Below are positions 46,995-57,427 of a DNA stretch of 64,000 nucleotides, piece after piece. The first letter of the stretch is position 1, and the number at the start of each line of letters is the position of its first letter. Source of the stretch: Actinomycetota bacterium. Its GTDB lineage: Bacteria; Actinomycetota; Actinomycetes; S36-B12; FW305-bin1. A program made the position numbers and the translations under genes. The stretch is taken from assembly GCA_004297305.1 (NCBI GenBank), contig SCTR01000002.1, forward strand, positions 79,440-143,439, read 5' to 3'. The notes beneath the pieces are model-generated. The model saw only the letters and a list, made by a program, of their open reading frames with translations, ran no database searches and was not told the DNA's origin.

Positions 46995-47767
46995 GCCTGT
47001 CCGCACCGGCCTGGCGCGGCCGATCGTCGGGTCCGGCCACCCGCCGACCCGACCGGACGACCCGTCCCGCAGGGCCGGCACGACGAGCCGTGCCGCGCCG
47101 GCCGGCGACGGGGCGCCCGGCCACTGCGGCCGGGGTCCGCGCCGCGGTCCCGCCGGCCACCCATCGCGCCGGCCGCGGGGTGTTCGTCCTGCTGGTGTGC
47201 CTGCTGCTCGGTGCCGGCCTGCTCGGCCTGCTGTTCATCAACACGCTGCTGGCGCAAGGCGCGTTCGCGATGGCCGACCTGCGGGCCCGGTCCAGCAGCC
47301 TGGCCGATACCGAACAGACGCTCGCCCAAGCTGTCGCCGGGCAGTCCTCGCCGGTGAACCTGGAGCAGCGGGCCCGCGCGCTGGGCATGGTGCGCAGCCC
47401 CGCCCCGGTGTTCCTGCGGCTCGCCGATCGCAAGGTGCTGGGTACGCCGATACCCGCCCCGCTGCCGAAACGGCAGGGCACGGAACCCGCCACCGGCGGT
47501 GCGGATCCGGCCGCCGGCACCGCCACACCGGTCGCCGCGCCACCGGCAGATACAGCGCAGGCCGCCGGAACGCAGGCCGGTGGCGCCTCGGCGGCGACCG
47601 GTACGGCGGCGACGGGCGGTACCGCAGCGGCAGGCACCGCCACGACAGGAGGAACGCCTACGCCGGGTGCGGACGCGGCGGCGGCCCCCGCTGCGTCGGG
47701 CGTGACGGCGGTCGACGACGGCGCCAAGCCCGACCCGGTCCCGGCCACCGGCGCGAGGCAGCGGTGA
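46991..47767 (+). CDS. ftsL: FtsL-like septal membrane protein with long Ala/Thr/Gly/Pro-rich tail
   Basis: ATG 46991 overlaps the rsmH stop (ATGA). Basic N-tail, single TM ([20 protein letters not shown]) and a short coiled segment. The position between rsmH and ftsI supports the call. Confidence 0.7.
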   Translation: MSLSAPAWRGRSSGPATRRPDRTTRPAGPARRAVPRRPATGRPATAAGVRAAVPPATHRAGRGVFVLLVCLLLGAGLLGLLFINTLLAQGAFAMADLRARSSSLADTEQTLAQAVAGQSSPVNLEQRARALGMVRSPAPVFLRLADRKVLGTPIPAPLPKRQGTEPATGGADPAAGTATPVAAPPADTAQAAGTQAGGASAATGTAATGGTAAAGTATTGGTPTPGADAAAAPAASGVTAVDDGAKPDPVPATGARQR

Positions 47768-49671
47768 GTACGACCACGCCGCCACGGCGTCCCGCGCCCG
47801 CCCGCCGCCCGGCTCCCAGCCGTCGCACCGCAGCCACCGGTCGGGTCGCGCCGACCGAACTCCGCGCCGCGCCGCCCCGCCGTACGCCGCCGCGCCGTAC
47901 GTCGCCGCGCCCGGCGACCGCCGGCGGCACGCTGCGCCGTCCGCCGCGACGATTGCGCACGGGCAGCCCGCGCCGCCGGGCGTCCATGGCGCTGGTGGTG
48001 ATCCTGGTGTTCCTCACCATCTTCGCCGGCCGGCTGCTGGAACTGCAGGCCGTGCGGGGCGAGGCGCTGGCGGGAGCCGCTCTGGGACAACGACTCCGCA
48101 CCGTCGACCTGCCGGCCGGCCGCGGCACCATCCGGGACGCCGCCGGCACGGCGCTCGCGGTGACCGTCGACGCGGTGAACATCACCGCGGACCAGACGCA
48201 GGTACGTGACCCGCAGGCCGCAGCCGCCGCGCTCGCCCCCGTCCTCGGCATCGACGCGGCGATCCTCGCCGACCGGCTGACCGGCACCCGGCGATTCGTC
48301 TACCTGAAGAAGGAAGCGACGCCCGCGCAGTGGGCCGACGTCCGGGCGTTGGGCCAGCCGGGCATCTTCAGCGAACCGAGTACGAAACGCACCTATCCCG
48401 CCGGGGAACTCGCGGCCAATCTCATCGGCTTCGTCGGCGCGGACGGCAAGGGGCTGGGCGGCCTGGAGTACGGACTGCAGTCCGAGCTCGCCGGCAAGGA
48501 CGGCAGTCGCACCTACGAACGCAGCGCCGGGGGCGGCGAGATCCCCACGGCCGACGACAGCGAGATCGCCGCGCAGCCCGGCCTGGACGTGAACCTGACG
48601 ATCAACGGCGACATCCAGTGGGTGGCGCAGCAGGCCTTGGCGCAGAAGGTCAAGCAGTCGCACGCCGACAGCGGCACGGCAGTGGTGATGAACCCGCGGA
48701 CCGGGGAGATCCTGGCACTGGCCACGGTGCCCACCTTCGACCCGAACCAGCCTGCGGAGGCGGCCGTCGCCGATCGCGGCAACCGGGCCCTCAGCGACGT
48801 CTTCGAACCCGGCTCCACCAGCAAGGTGATGAGCCTGGCCGCCGTCATCGAGGAAGGGAAGGCCGACGCCGGGACCGTATTCGACATCCCGGCGAAGCTG
48901 GCGGTCGGCGGAGCGACGTTCGGCGACGACTTCAACCACGGCGACATCAAGCTGACGCTCAACGGGATCCTGGCCAAGTCCAGCAACATCGGCACGATCG
49001 AAGCGACCCGGCTGATCGGCCAGGACACGCTGTACCGCTACCTCAAGGCGTTCGGCGTGGGCGAGCCGACGGGGCTGCGGTTCCCGGGTGAGGCCCGCGG
49101 TTACGTCCCGCCGACCTCCGCCTGGTCGGCGACCTCGTTCCCGACGATCTCCTTCGGCCAGGGCCTGTCGGTCAACGCCGTCCAGGCCGCGAGCATCTAC
49201 GCGACGATCGCCAACGACGGAGTCCGGGTGCAGCCGAGCCTGGTCAGGAGCTACGTCGCCGCCGACGGCAGCACGACGCCGGTGGCCGCGCCGACCTCGA
49301 CCCGGGTGGTGTCCGCGCAGACCGCGACGACGATGCGCCGGATGCTCGAGACCGTGATCACCAACGGGACCGCGCCGCTGGCGAAGATCGACGGCTACCG
49401 GGTGGCCGGCAAGACCGGCACCGCGCAGCGGGTCAACCCCAACGGACGCGGCTACGACGGTTACGTCGCCTCGTTCATCGGGATGGCGCCGGCGGACGAT
49501 CCGCAGCTGGTGGTCGCCGTATCGATCAACAACCCGCAGACCAGTCACTACGGCGGCACCTTGGCCGCACCCGTGTTCGCCCAGATCATGACCTCGGCGC
49601 TGCAGACCCTGCATCTGCCGCCGACCGGCACCGTCGCGTCGCCGCTCAAGGTCACCCCGGACGGCCGGTAG
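47764..49671 (+). CDS. ftsI: Peptidoglycan D,D-transpeptidase FtsI (class B PBP)
   Basis: GTG 47764 overlaps the ftsL stop (GTGA). Contains the STSK, SSN and KTGTA motifs and an Arg/Pro-rich cytoplasmic N-extension. Confidence 0.9.
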   Translation: MSTTTPPRRPAPARRPAPSRRTAATGRVAPTELRAAPPRRTPPRRTSPRPATAGGTLRRPPRRLRTGSPRRRASMALVVILVFLTIFAGRLLELQAVRGEALAGAALGQRLRTVDLPAGRGTIRDAAGTALAVTVDAVNITADQTQVRDPQAAAAALAPVLGIDAAILADRLTGTRRFVYLKKEATPAQWADVRALGQPGIFSEPSTKRTYPAGELAANLIGFVGADGKGLGGLEYGLQSELAGKDGSRTYERSAGGGEIPTADDSEIAAQPGLDVNLTINGDIQWVAQQALAQKVKQSHADSGTAVVMNPRTGEILALATVPTFDPNQPAEAAVADRGNRALSDVFEPGSTSKVMSLAAVIEEGKADAGTVFDIPAKLAVGGATFGDDFNHGDIKLTLNGILAKSSNIGTIEATRLIGQDTLYRYLKAFGVGEPTGLRFPGEARGYVPPTSAWSATSFPTISFGQGLSVNAVQAASIYATIANDGVRVQPSLVRSYVAADGSTTPVAAPTSTRVVSAQTATTMRRMLETVITNGTAPLAKIDGYRVAGKTGTAQRVNPNGRGYDGYVASFIGMAPADDPQLVVAVSINNPQTSHYGGTLAAPVFAQIMTSALQTLHLPPTGTVASPLKVTPDGR

Positions 49672-49680
49672 CCTCGAGCC

Positions 49681-51192
49681 GTGCCGAGCGCGCCCCGACC
49701 CGCCCCGGTGCCCAGGCCCCTCGCGGAGGCCGCCGCGCTGTTGCACCTGTCCCCGCCTGAGTCGCCCGTCGCCGTGCTGGGTGTCAGCCACGATTCGCGT
49801 GCCGTGCAGCCCGGCGACCTGTACGCCGCGCTGCCCGGCGCGCTGACCCACGGCGCGCGGTACGTCGACCAGGCCCGGTCGGCCGGCGCGGTTGCCGTGC
49901 TGACCGATCCGACCGGGCAGGACGCGGCACGGCAGACCGGGCTGCCCGTCCTGGTCGTCCCCGATCCGCGTGCGGCACTGGGCGACGTGGCCGCCTGGGC
50001 GTACGGCTACCCCGCACACCGGTTGCTGCTGGTCGGCATCACCGGGACCAACGGCAAGACGACCGTGTCGTACCTGGCGGCGCGCGGCCTGCGGCTGGCC
50101 GGGCATCGCACCGGGGTCGTCGGCACCACCGGCGCGCTGATCGGCGACGAGCAGGTCCCGTCCGCCCGCACGACGCCGGAGGCGACCGACATCCACGCCC
50201 TGTTGGCGGTCATGGTGGAGCGCGGCGTGACCGCGGCCGTCCTTGAGGTGTCCAGCCACGCCCTGGCGCTGGGGCGGGTCAACGGCCTGCGGTTCGACGT
50301 CGCGGTGTTCACCAACCTGTCGCAGGACCACCTGGATTTCCACGGCGGGCTCGAGGAGTACTTCCAGGCCAAGTCCCGGCTGTTCACCCCCGCGCACGCG
50401 CGGACCGCGGTGGTGTGCGTCGACGACGACTGGGGCCGGCGGCTGGCCGCGGCCACGGCTCTGCCGGTCACCACGTACGGCGGCCCGGACACGCCGGCGG
50501 ACTGGCAGCTGCGCGCAGCGACGCCGTCGGGGACCGGACAGGACGTGTCGGTCATCGGGCCCGCCGGCCGGCACCGGCTGCTGCACGTCGACCTGCCCGG
50601 CCCGTTCAACGCACTCAACGTGCTCGCCGCCGATCTCGCGGTACGGGCGGGTGGGGCGGAGCTGGACGACGCCGCCGCGCTCGCTCTCGGCCGGCTGGTC
50701 GTCCCGGGCCGGATGGAGCGCGTGGCCGGCACGGACGGCGTCGAGGTCTTCGTCGACTACGCCCACACCCCGGACGCGGTCGACCGGGTGCTGCGCGCGA
50801 CCCGACCGGCCCCACCCGGCCGCGTCCTGGTCGTGCTGGGTTGCGGCGGCGACCGTGACCGCGGCAAGCGGCCGGTGATCGGGGCCGTGGCCGCCCGGCT
50901 GGCCGATCTGCTGGTGGTGACCGACGACAACCCGCGCAGCGAGGACCCGGCGGCCATCCGGGCGGCGGTGCTGGCCGGAGCAGCCGACGTCCCCGAGGCG
51001 GAGCGGGCCGAGGTTGTCGAGCTCGGCTCGCGGCAGGCGGCGATCCGGGCGGTGGCCGATGCCGCCCGGCCCGGGGACGCCGTGCTGATCCTGGGCAAGG
51101 GTCACGAGGACGGCCAGGAGATCGCCGGTCAGCGGTACCCGTTCGACGACCGGGTGGTCGCGGCGGAGGCGTTCGCGGCGGTACGCCGGTGA
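49681..51192 (+). CDS. murE: UDP-MurNAc-L-Ala-D-Glu--2,6-diaminopimelate ligase
   Basis: Mur ligase motifs GITGTNGKTT and DYAHTPDA, plus a DNPR motif. Confidence 0.95.
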   Translation: MPSAPRPAPVPRPLAEAAALLHLSPPESPVAVLGVSHDSRAVQPGDLYAALPGALTHGARYVDQARSAGAVAVLTDPTGQDAARQTGLPVLVVPDPRAALGDVAAWAYGYPAHRLLLVGITGTNGKTTVSYLAARGLRLAGHRTGVVGTTGALIGDEQVPSARTTPEATDIHALLAVMVERGVTAAVLEVSSHALALGRVNGLRFDVAVFTNLSQDHLDFHGGLEEYFQAKSRLFTPAHARTAVVCVDDDWGRRLAAATALPVTTYGGPDTPADWQLRAATPSGTGQDVSVIGPAGRHRLLHVDLPGPFNALNVLAADLAVRAGGAELDDAAALALGRLVVPGRMERVAGTDGVEVFVDYAHTPDAVDRVLRATRPAPPGRVLVVLGCGGDRDRGKRPVIGAVAARLADLLVVTDDNPRSEDPAAIRAAVLAGAADVPEAERAEVVELGSRQAAIRAVADAARPGDAVLILGKGHEDGQEIAGQRYPFDDRVVAAEAFAAVRR

Positions 51193-52595
51193 ACCCGCTG
51201 CGACTGCGTGACCTCGCGGCCGACGTCGACGGGGACCTGGTCGACGTGCCCGATCCCGAGGCGACTGTCTGCGGTGCCGTCGCCGACTCGCGGCAGGTCA
51301 GCGAGGGCGACCTCTACGTCGCCATCGCGGGGGAGCGGGTGGACGGGCACGACTTCGCCGCGGGCGCGGTGGCCGCCGGTGCGGCGGCGGTGCTGGCCGC
51401 CCGACCGGTTGGGGTCCCGGCCGTCGTCGTACCCGATCCGGTGGCCGCCCTGGGCCGCCTCGCGGCGGCGACACTCGCGCGGCTGCGGGTGCGCGGCGGA
51501 CCGCGGGTCGTGGCCGTCACCGGCAGCAGCGGCAAGACGACCACCAAGGACCTGCTCGCGTCGGTGCTGGGTGCGGCCGGGCCCGTGGTGGCACCGGTCG
51601 GCTCGTTCAACACCGAGGTCGGCGTCCCGCTGACGATCCTGCGCAGCGACGACTCGACAGCGACGCTGGTGCTGGAGATGGGCGCCCGCGGGGTCGGCCA
51701 CATCGCGTACCTGACCCGGATCGCGCCACCGGACATCGCGGTCGTGCTCAACGTGGGATCGGCGCACCTGGCGACGTTCGGCGACCGGGCCACGATCGCC
51801 GCCGCCAAAGGCGAGCTGGTCGAATCCGTTGCACCGGAAGGCCTCGCGGTGCTCAACGCCGACGATCCGCTCGTGGCGGCGATGCGGGACCGGACGCCGG
51901 GCCGGGTCCGGACCTTCGGCGAATCCGCGGCGGCCGACGTGCGGGCGGACTCCGTGCGCCTCGACGAACTGGGCCGGCCGTCGTTCCGCCTGGTCAGCGA
52001 CGGGCAGGCGGAGCCCGTGTCGCTGCCGTTGCACGGCGCGCACCAGGTCAGCAATGCGCTGGCTGCGGCCACGGTCGCGCTGGAGTGCGGCCTGCCGTTG
52101 CCGGCGGTTGCCGCCGGGCTGTCGGCGGTGGTGCCGGCCAGTCGCTGGCGGATGGAGGTCAGCCGGACGGCGGCCGGGGTGACGGTCATCAACGACGCCT
52201 ACAACGCCAACCCGGACTCGATGCGCGCCGCGTTGAAGGCGCTGGTGGCGATGTCCGCCGGGCACCGGTCCTGGGCGGTCCTCGGCGAGATGCGCGAGCT
52301 CGGCCAGGACGCCACGGCCGAGCACGACGCGATCGGGCGGCTGGCGGTCCGGCTCGACGTGTCCCGGCTGGTCGCCGTGGGCGCCGGCGCCCGCCCGATC
52401 CACCTGGGCGCCAGTCACGAAGGGTCCTGGGGACAGGAATCGCAGTACGTCGAGGATCCCGACGCCGCCATCGCGGTGCTGCTGGCGGAGCTGCGTCCCG
52501 GCGACGTGGTGCTGGTCAAGGCATCCCGGGCGGTGGGCCTGGAGCGCGTCGCCGAGGCGCTGCTGGCAGGCGCCGCAACGGGAGAGCGGCCATGA
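51189..52595 (+). CDS. murF: UDP-MurNAc-tripeptide--D-Ala-D-Ala ligase
   Basis: GTG 51189 overlaps the murE stop. Motifs VTGSSGKTTTKD and NDAYNANPDS. Confidence 0.95.
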   Translation: MNPLRLRDLAADVDGDLVDVPDPEATVCGAVADSRQVSEGDLYVAIAGERVDGHDFAAGAVAAGAAAVLAARPVGVPAVVVPDPVAALGRLAAATLARLRVRGGPRVVAVTGSSGKTTTKDLLASVLGAAGPVVAPVGSFNTEVGVPLTILRSDDSTATLVLEMGARGVGHIAYLTRIAPPDIAVVLNVGSAHLATFGDRATIAAAKGELVESVAPEGLAVLNADDPLVAAMRDRTPGRVRTFGESAAADVRADSVRLDELGRPSFRLVSDGQAEPVSLPLHGAHQVSNALAAATVALECGLPLPAVAAGLSAVVPASRWRMEVSRTAAGVTVINDAYNANPDSMRAALKALVAMSAGHRSWAVLGEMRELGQDATAEHDAIGRLAVRLDVSRLVAVGAGARPIHLGASHEGSWGQESQYVEDPDAAIAVLLAELRPGDVVLVKASRAVGLERVAEALLAGAATGERP

Positions 52596-53656
52596 GGCTC
52601 ATCGTCGTCGGCGGCGGGCTGTCGATCCTGGTGTCGCTGTTCGGAACGCCGTTGCTCATCCGCTTCCTGCGCCGCCACGGCTACGCCCAGGCGATCCGGG
52701 TCTCCACTCCGGACGAGCCATATCCGCAGCACGAGGGCAAGCGGGGCACCCCGTCGATGGGCGGGCTGGCCATTCTCGTGGCCGTGCTCGCCGGCTACCT
52801 CGGCGTCCACCTGCTGCTGTGGCGGCCGCCGTCGGCCTCCGGCCTGCTGTGCCTGTTCCTCATGATCGGGCTCGGGCTGGTCGGCATGGCCGACGACTAC
52901 CTGAAGATCTTCAAACAGCGCAGCACCGGTATTCGCGCCAGCACGAAACTCGCCGGGCAGGCGGCGGTCGCCGTCGCCTTCGCCCTGCTGTCCGTGCAAT
53001 TCGAGGACGCCAGCGGAAACACTCCGGCGTCGATGGCGGTGTCGTACGTCCGCGACAGCTCGATCGTGCTGCCGTTGGCGGTGTTCGTCGTCTGGGTCTG
53101 GTTCCTGGTCACCGCGACCACCAACGGGGTGAACCTCACCGACGGGCTCGACGGCCTGGCGACCGGGGCGAGCCTCATGACGTTCGCCGGCTACATCCTG
53201 CTGGGCGTCTGGCAGTACAACCAGGCGTGTACCGCTGCACACGTCGCCCGCTGCTACGACGTGCGTGATCCGCTGGACCTGGCGGTGTTCGCCGCCGCCT
53301 GCGCCGGGGCGACGTTCGGTTTCCTCTGGCACAACACAGCGCCGGCGAAGATCTTCATGGGTGACACCGGCTCGCTGGCGCTCGGCGGTGCCATCGCCGC
53401 GCTGGCGATCTTCACGCGTACCGAGTTGCTGTTGCCGTTGATGGCCGGCCTGTTCCTGCTCATCGTGCTGTCGGTCATCGGGCAGGTCGGGTCGTACAAG
53501 CTGACCGGCCGCCGGATGTTCCGGATGGCGCCGCTGCATCACCACTTCGAGATGCTGGGCTGGCCGGAGATCCAGATCGTGGTGCGGTTCTGGATCATCC
53601 AGGGGCTGTGTATCGGAGCGGGCCTCACCCTGTTCTATGCCGAGTGGGTCGCGTGA
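52592..53656 (+). CDS. mraY: Phospho-MurNAc-pentapeptide translocase
   Basis: ATG 52592 overlaps the murF stop (ATGA). Motifs MGGL, DDYLK, NLTDGLDGLA and FMGDTGSLALGG. Confidence 0.95.
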   Translation: MRLIVVGGGLSILVSLFGTPLLIRFLRRHGYAQAIRVSTPDEPYPQHEGKRGTPSMGGLAILVAVLAGYLGVHLLLWRPPSASGLLCLFLMIGLGLVGMADDYLKIFKQRSTGIRASTKLAGQAAVAVAFALLSVQFEDASGNTPASMAVSYVRDSSIVLPLAVFVVWVWFLVTATTNGVNLTDGLDGLATGASLMTFAGYILLGVWQYNQACTAAHVARCYDVRDPLDLAVFAAACAGATFGFLWHNTAPAKIFMGDTGSLALGGAIAALAIFTRTELLLPLMAGLFLLIVLSVIGQVGSYKLTGRRMFRMAPLHHHFEMLGWPEIQIVVRFWIIQGLCIGAGLTLFYAEWVA

Positions 53657-55095
53657 GCCTGGCGGTCGGCGCGTTGCACCGGGACTCGGACTGGTCCGCG
53701 GTCCACGTCGTCGTAGCCGGGATCGGCGTCGCCGGTTTCGCCTGCGCCGATGCGCTGTGCCAGCTCGGCGCCCGGGTGACGGTGACCGACAGCGCCTCCG
53801 GCGAGGCGCAGCAGCGCCGCGCGGAGATCCTGGAGCTGATCGGCGCCACGGTGATCCTCGGCGCCGGCGACGAGCTGCCGGCCGGTGCCGACCTGCTCGT
53901 GGTGTCGCCCGGTCTGCGGCCCGACGCCCCGCTCGTCGTTGCTGCGCAACGGCGGCAGGTCCCGGTCTGGGGTGAGCTCGAACTGGCCTGGCGGCTGCGC
54001 CCGGCGGTCGACCCGGCGCCCTGGCTGCTGGTCACCGGGACCAACGGGAAGACGACGACGACGCTCATGCTCGAGTCGATGCTGCGGGCGGCGGGGCGGC
54101 GTACCGTCGCGGCGGGCAACATCGGGCGATCCCTGGTCGACACCGTGATGCACGACGACGTCGAGGTCATCGCGGTCGAGGTCGGCGCGCCCCAACTGCC
54201 GTTCCTGCACACCGTGTCCCCGCTGGGCGCCGCCTGCCTGAACGTCGCCGCCGACCACGTGGACCATTTCGGTTCGTGGCAGGCGTACGTCGCGGCCAAG
54301 GGCCAGGTGTACGCCCGCACCCAACTGGCCTGCGTCTACAACGCCGACGAGCCGTTGACCGAGGAACTGGTCCGCGCTGCCGACGTCGTCGACGGCGCCC
54401 GGGCCGTCGGATTCACGCTGGGGGTGCCGGACGTCGGCATGCTCGGCGTCGTCGACGGCCTGCTGGTCGACCGCGCGTTCGGGCCGGACCGCCACCGCGC
54501 CGCGCAGCAGCTGGCCGAGGTCGGCGACGTCGTCCCGGCGGCGGCCCACAACGTGGCCAATGCGCTGGCCGCGGCTGCGCTGGCCCGCGCCTACGGCGTA
54601 CCGGCGGCAGCGGTGCGCGACGGGTTGCGCAGCTTCACCCCGGCCGGTCATCGCATCGCCGAGGTCGCCGTGGTCGGCGGCGTGCGCTACGTCGACGACT
54701 CGAAGGCCACCAACGCCCACGCCGCGCAGACCTCGTTGGCCGCATACCGTCCGGTGGTCTGGATCGCCGGCGGGATGGCGAAGGGCCAAGCCTTCGACGA
54801 GCTGGTGGCAGCCGCTGCCGCCGGTCTGCGCGGTGCGGTCCTGCTCGGGGTCGATCGCGAGGTGCTGGCCGCGGCGCTGGCCCGACACGCGCCCGAGGTC
54901 CCCGTGGTCGAGGTGAGCCGCACCGACACTGATGCCATGGACGACGTCGTACGAGCGGCCGCCGCACTGGCGCAGCCCGGTGACACGGTGCTGCTGGCCC
55001 CCGGGTGCGCGTCCTGGGACATGTTCCGCGATTACGCCCACCGAGGTGACGAGTTCGCCGCAGCCGTCCGCCGGTTGAGCGGCGCGCCGTCGTGA
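53653..55095 (+). CDS. murD: UDP-MurNAc-L-Ala--D-Glu ligase
   Basis: GTG 53653 overlaps the mraY stop (GTGA). Motifs VTGTNGKTTTT and DDSKATN. Confidence 0.95.
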   Translation: MSLAVGALHRDSDWSAVHVVVAGIGVAGFACADALCQLGARVTVTDSASGEAQQRRAEILELIGATVILGAGDELPAGADLLVVSPGLRPDAPLVVAAQRRQVPVWGELELAWRLRPAVDPAPWLLVTGTNGKTTTTLMLESMLRAAGRRTVAAGNIGRSLVDTVMHDDVEVIAVEVGAPQLPFLHTVSPLGAACLNVAADHVDHFGSWQAYVAAKGQVYARTQLACVYNADEPLTEELVRAADVVDGARAVGFTLGVPDVGMLGVVDGLLVDRAFGPDRHRAAQQLAEVGDVVPAAAHNVANALAAAALARAYGVPAAAVRDGLRSFTPAGHRIAEVAVVGGVRYVDDSKATNAHAAQTSLAAYRPVVWIAGGMAKGQAFDELVAAAAAGLRGAVLLGVDREVLAAALARHAPEVPVVEVSRTDTDAMDDVVRAAAALAQPGDTVLLAPGCASWDMFRDYAHRGDEFAAAVRRLSGAPS

Positions 55096-56315
55096 CGGCA
55101 CCGGTCGAGTGGCGCGAGCAGCCGGGGTCGCTCGGGCCGGCGGTGACCGTCGAGGACGGCCGCGCCGCGGACTCGTTGCGGGCGCGGCTGCTGGATCATC
55201 CGCTGTCGCTGTACTACCTGCTGGCCGGCGCGACGCTGCTGCTGCTGGCTCTCGGTCTGGTCATGGTCTGGTCGGCGTCGGCGATCGAGAGCATCAAGAT
55301 CTTCGGGTCGCCGTACGAACTGGCCGGCCGGCAGTTGCTGTTCGCCGGCATCGGCGTCGTCGGCATGCTCGTCGCATCGCGGTTGCCGCCGACCTGGTTC
55401 GCCCGGACCGCCTGGCTTGCCCTGATCATCGCCGTCGTCCTGCTGGTCCTGGTCCTGCTGGTGGGGCGCTCGGTCGCCGGGCAGCGCAACTGGATCGAGC
55501 TGTTCGGCCCGTTCCGCTTCCAGCCGTCGGAGGTGGCCAAGCTCGCGCTGGTCGTGTGGTCGGCGAACCTGTTGGCACGCAAGGACATGCTGCTGGACCG
55601 GTGGTCGCATCTGCTGCTGCCGTTGCTGCCGGTGACCGGGCTGCTGATGGTGCTGGTGCTGGCCGAGGGCGACTTCGGCAACGCCCTGGTGCTCGGTCTC
55701 ATCGCGGCCGGCGTGCTGTTCGTCGCCGGTGCGCCGCTGCGACTGTTCGCCGGACTCGCGGCGCTCGCCGGGCTCGGCGTCGTGGCGCTCTCGCTGGCAG
55801 CGCCTTATCGGCTCGAGCGTTTCAGCGCGTGGCTGGACCCGGCCGCTGACCGGCTGGACGGCGGCTGGCAGCTCATGCAGGGCACCTACGCGCTCGGCAC
55901 GGGCGGCTGGTGGGGGGTGGGACTCGGCGCGAGCCGGGAGAAGTGGGGCAGCCTGCCGGAGGCCCACACCGACTTCATCCTGCCGGTGATCGGCGAGGAA
56001 CTGGGCCTGGTCGGGACGTTGCTGGTCCTCGCGCTGTTCGCCGTGCTCGGGATCGCCGCGTTCCGGCTCGCTCGGGGATCGGCCGACCGGTTCACGCAGC
56101 TGGCCGCAGCCGGTGTGGGCAGCTGGATCCTCGCCCAGGCGGTGGTCAACATCGGCGGGGTGCTCGGCCTGCTGCCGATCACCGGCGTCCCGCTGCCGCT
56201 GGTCTCGTACGGCGGCTCGTCGTTGATCCCGGTCCTGCTCGCCCTCGGCATGCTCATGGCGTTCGCCCGCCGGGCCGGCCGCGCGGCGCGGCCGGGCGCT
56301 CCCGCGGAGCGGTAG
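55092..56315 (+). CDS. ftsW: SEDS-family peptidoglycan polymerase/lipid II flippase FtsW
   Basis: GTG 55092 overlaps the murD stop. Motifs QPSEVAKL and [13 protein letters not shown]. Confidence 0.95.
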   Translation: MTAPVEWREQPGSLGPAVTVEDGRAADSLRARLLDHPLSLYYLLAGATLLLLALGLVMVWSASAIESIKIFGSPYELAGRQLLFAGIGVVGMLVASRLPPTWFARTAWLALIIAVVLLVLVLLVGRSVAGQRNWIELFGPFRFQPSEVAKLALVVWSANLLARKDMLLDRWSHLLLPLLPVTGLLMVLVLAEGDFGNALVLGLIAAGVLFVAGAPLRLFAGLAALAGLGVVALSLAAPYRLERFSAWLDPAADRLDGGWQLMQGTYALGTGGWWGVGLGASREKWGSLPEAHTDFILPVIGEELGLVGTLLVLALFAVLGIAAFRLARGSADRFTQLAAAGVGSWILAQAVVNIGGVLGLLPITGVPLPLVSYGGSSLIPVLLALGMLMAFARRAGRAARPGAPAER

Positions 56316-57427
56316 TGGGCGCACTGCGGGTGGTCGTGGCCGGCGGTGGGACGGCCGGGCACATCGAACCGGCGCTCAACCTCGCCGATGCCTTGCGCCG
56401 CAACGACCCGGACACGTCGGTCACCGTGCTCGGCACCGAGCGCGGGCTGGAGACCACGCTGGTGCCCGCCCGCGGCTACGAGCTGACGGTGATCCCGCCC
56501 GTCCCGTTGCCCCGCAAGCTGACGGCCGACCTGTTCTCGCTGCCGGCCCGGTTGCGCCAGGCCGTCGCCGCGGTACGCCGGATCCTGGACGACGTCGGCG
56601 CGGACGTGCTCGTCGGGTTCGGCGGGTACGTCGCGCTGCCCGGCTACCTGGCCGCGCGCCGGGCCGCCGTACCGATCGTGGTGCACGAAGCCAATGCCCG
56701 TCCCGGCCTGGCGAACCGCCTGGGTGCCCGGCTGACGCCGTACGTCGCGGAGACCGTGCGCGGCAGCCTGCGCGGCGCCCGGCTGGTGGGCCTGCCGCTG
56801 CGCCCGGCCATCAGTGGCCTGGACCGGCAGGCCGAGCAGGCTGCGGCCCGGCAGTTCTTCGGCCTGCAGCCGGAGCGTCCCACGCTGCTGGTGATGGGGG
56901 GCTCGCAGGGCGCCGTGCGGCTCAACACCGCAGCGACGGCTGCCGCCGACGCCTTCGCGGCAGCCGGGATCCAGGTGCTGCACGCGGTCGGCGCGCGCAA
57001 CGAGCTGCCCGTGGCGCACGCCGCCGCCGGATCGCCGCCGTACGTCGCGGTGCCGTACCTCGACCGGATGGATCTGGCGTACGCCGCTGCCGACCTGGCC
57101 TTGTGCCGGGCCGGCGCGATGACCTGCGCCGAGGTCGCCGCCGTCGGGTTGCCCGCGGTCTACGTCCCCTTCCCGATCGGCAACGGCGAGCAGCGTCGCA
57201 ACGCGATGCCGGTCGTGCAGGCCGGCGGCGGACTGCTGGTCGACGACGCCGACCTGACCGGCGACTGGGTCCGCGACCACGTCGTCGGGCTCATCGGCGA
57301 CCCGGCACGGCTGCGGTCGATGGCCGCCGCTGCCGCGTCGTGCGGCGTGCGGGACGCCGATGTGCGGCTCGTCGACCTGATCGGTGAGGCTGCCGCCTCG
57401 CGCAGCCCCGCGGAAGGACACCGATGA
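56315..57427 (+). CDS. murG: UDP-GlcNAc--lipid I GlcNAc transferase
   Basis: GTG 56315 shares 1 nt with the ftsW TAG. Motifs [17 protein letters not shown] and GGSQGA. Confidence 0.95.
   Translation: MGALRVVVAGGGTAGHIEPALNLADALRRNDPDTSVTVLGTERGLETTLVPARGYELTVIPPVPLPRKLTADLFSLPARLRQAVAAVRRILDDVGADVLVGFGGYVALPGYLAARRAAVPIVVHEANARPGLANRLGARLTPYVAETVRGSLRGARLVGLPLRPAISGLDRQAEQAAARQFFGLQPERPTLLVMGGSQGAVRLNTAATAAADAFAAAGIQVLHAVGARNELPVAHAAAGSPPYVAVPYLDRMDLAYAAADLALCRAGAMTCAEVAAVGLPAVYVPFPIGNGEQRRNAMPVVQAGGGLLVDDADLTGDWVRDHVVGLIGDPARLRSMAAAAASCGVRDADVRLVDLIGEAAASRSPAEGHR

Noticed and set aside
47440-47767. Low-complexity DNA (repeated GCC/ACC/GGC triplets) in the 3' part of ftsL.
   Set aside because: It encodes the Ala/Thr/Gly/Pro-rich extracytoplasmic tail of FtsL. 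There is no fixed repeat unit or flanking signature of a mobile or satellite element.
46801-51105. A 1434-aa ORF on the minus strand. It is the longest in the window, Arg/Gly/Pro-rich, and antisense to ftsL-ftsI-murE.
   Set aside because: It lies opposite genes with unmistakable catalytic motifs. Its low-complexity RGPA composition and GC pattern are typical of shadow ORFs in genomes with 70% or more GC. It has no recognisable domain.
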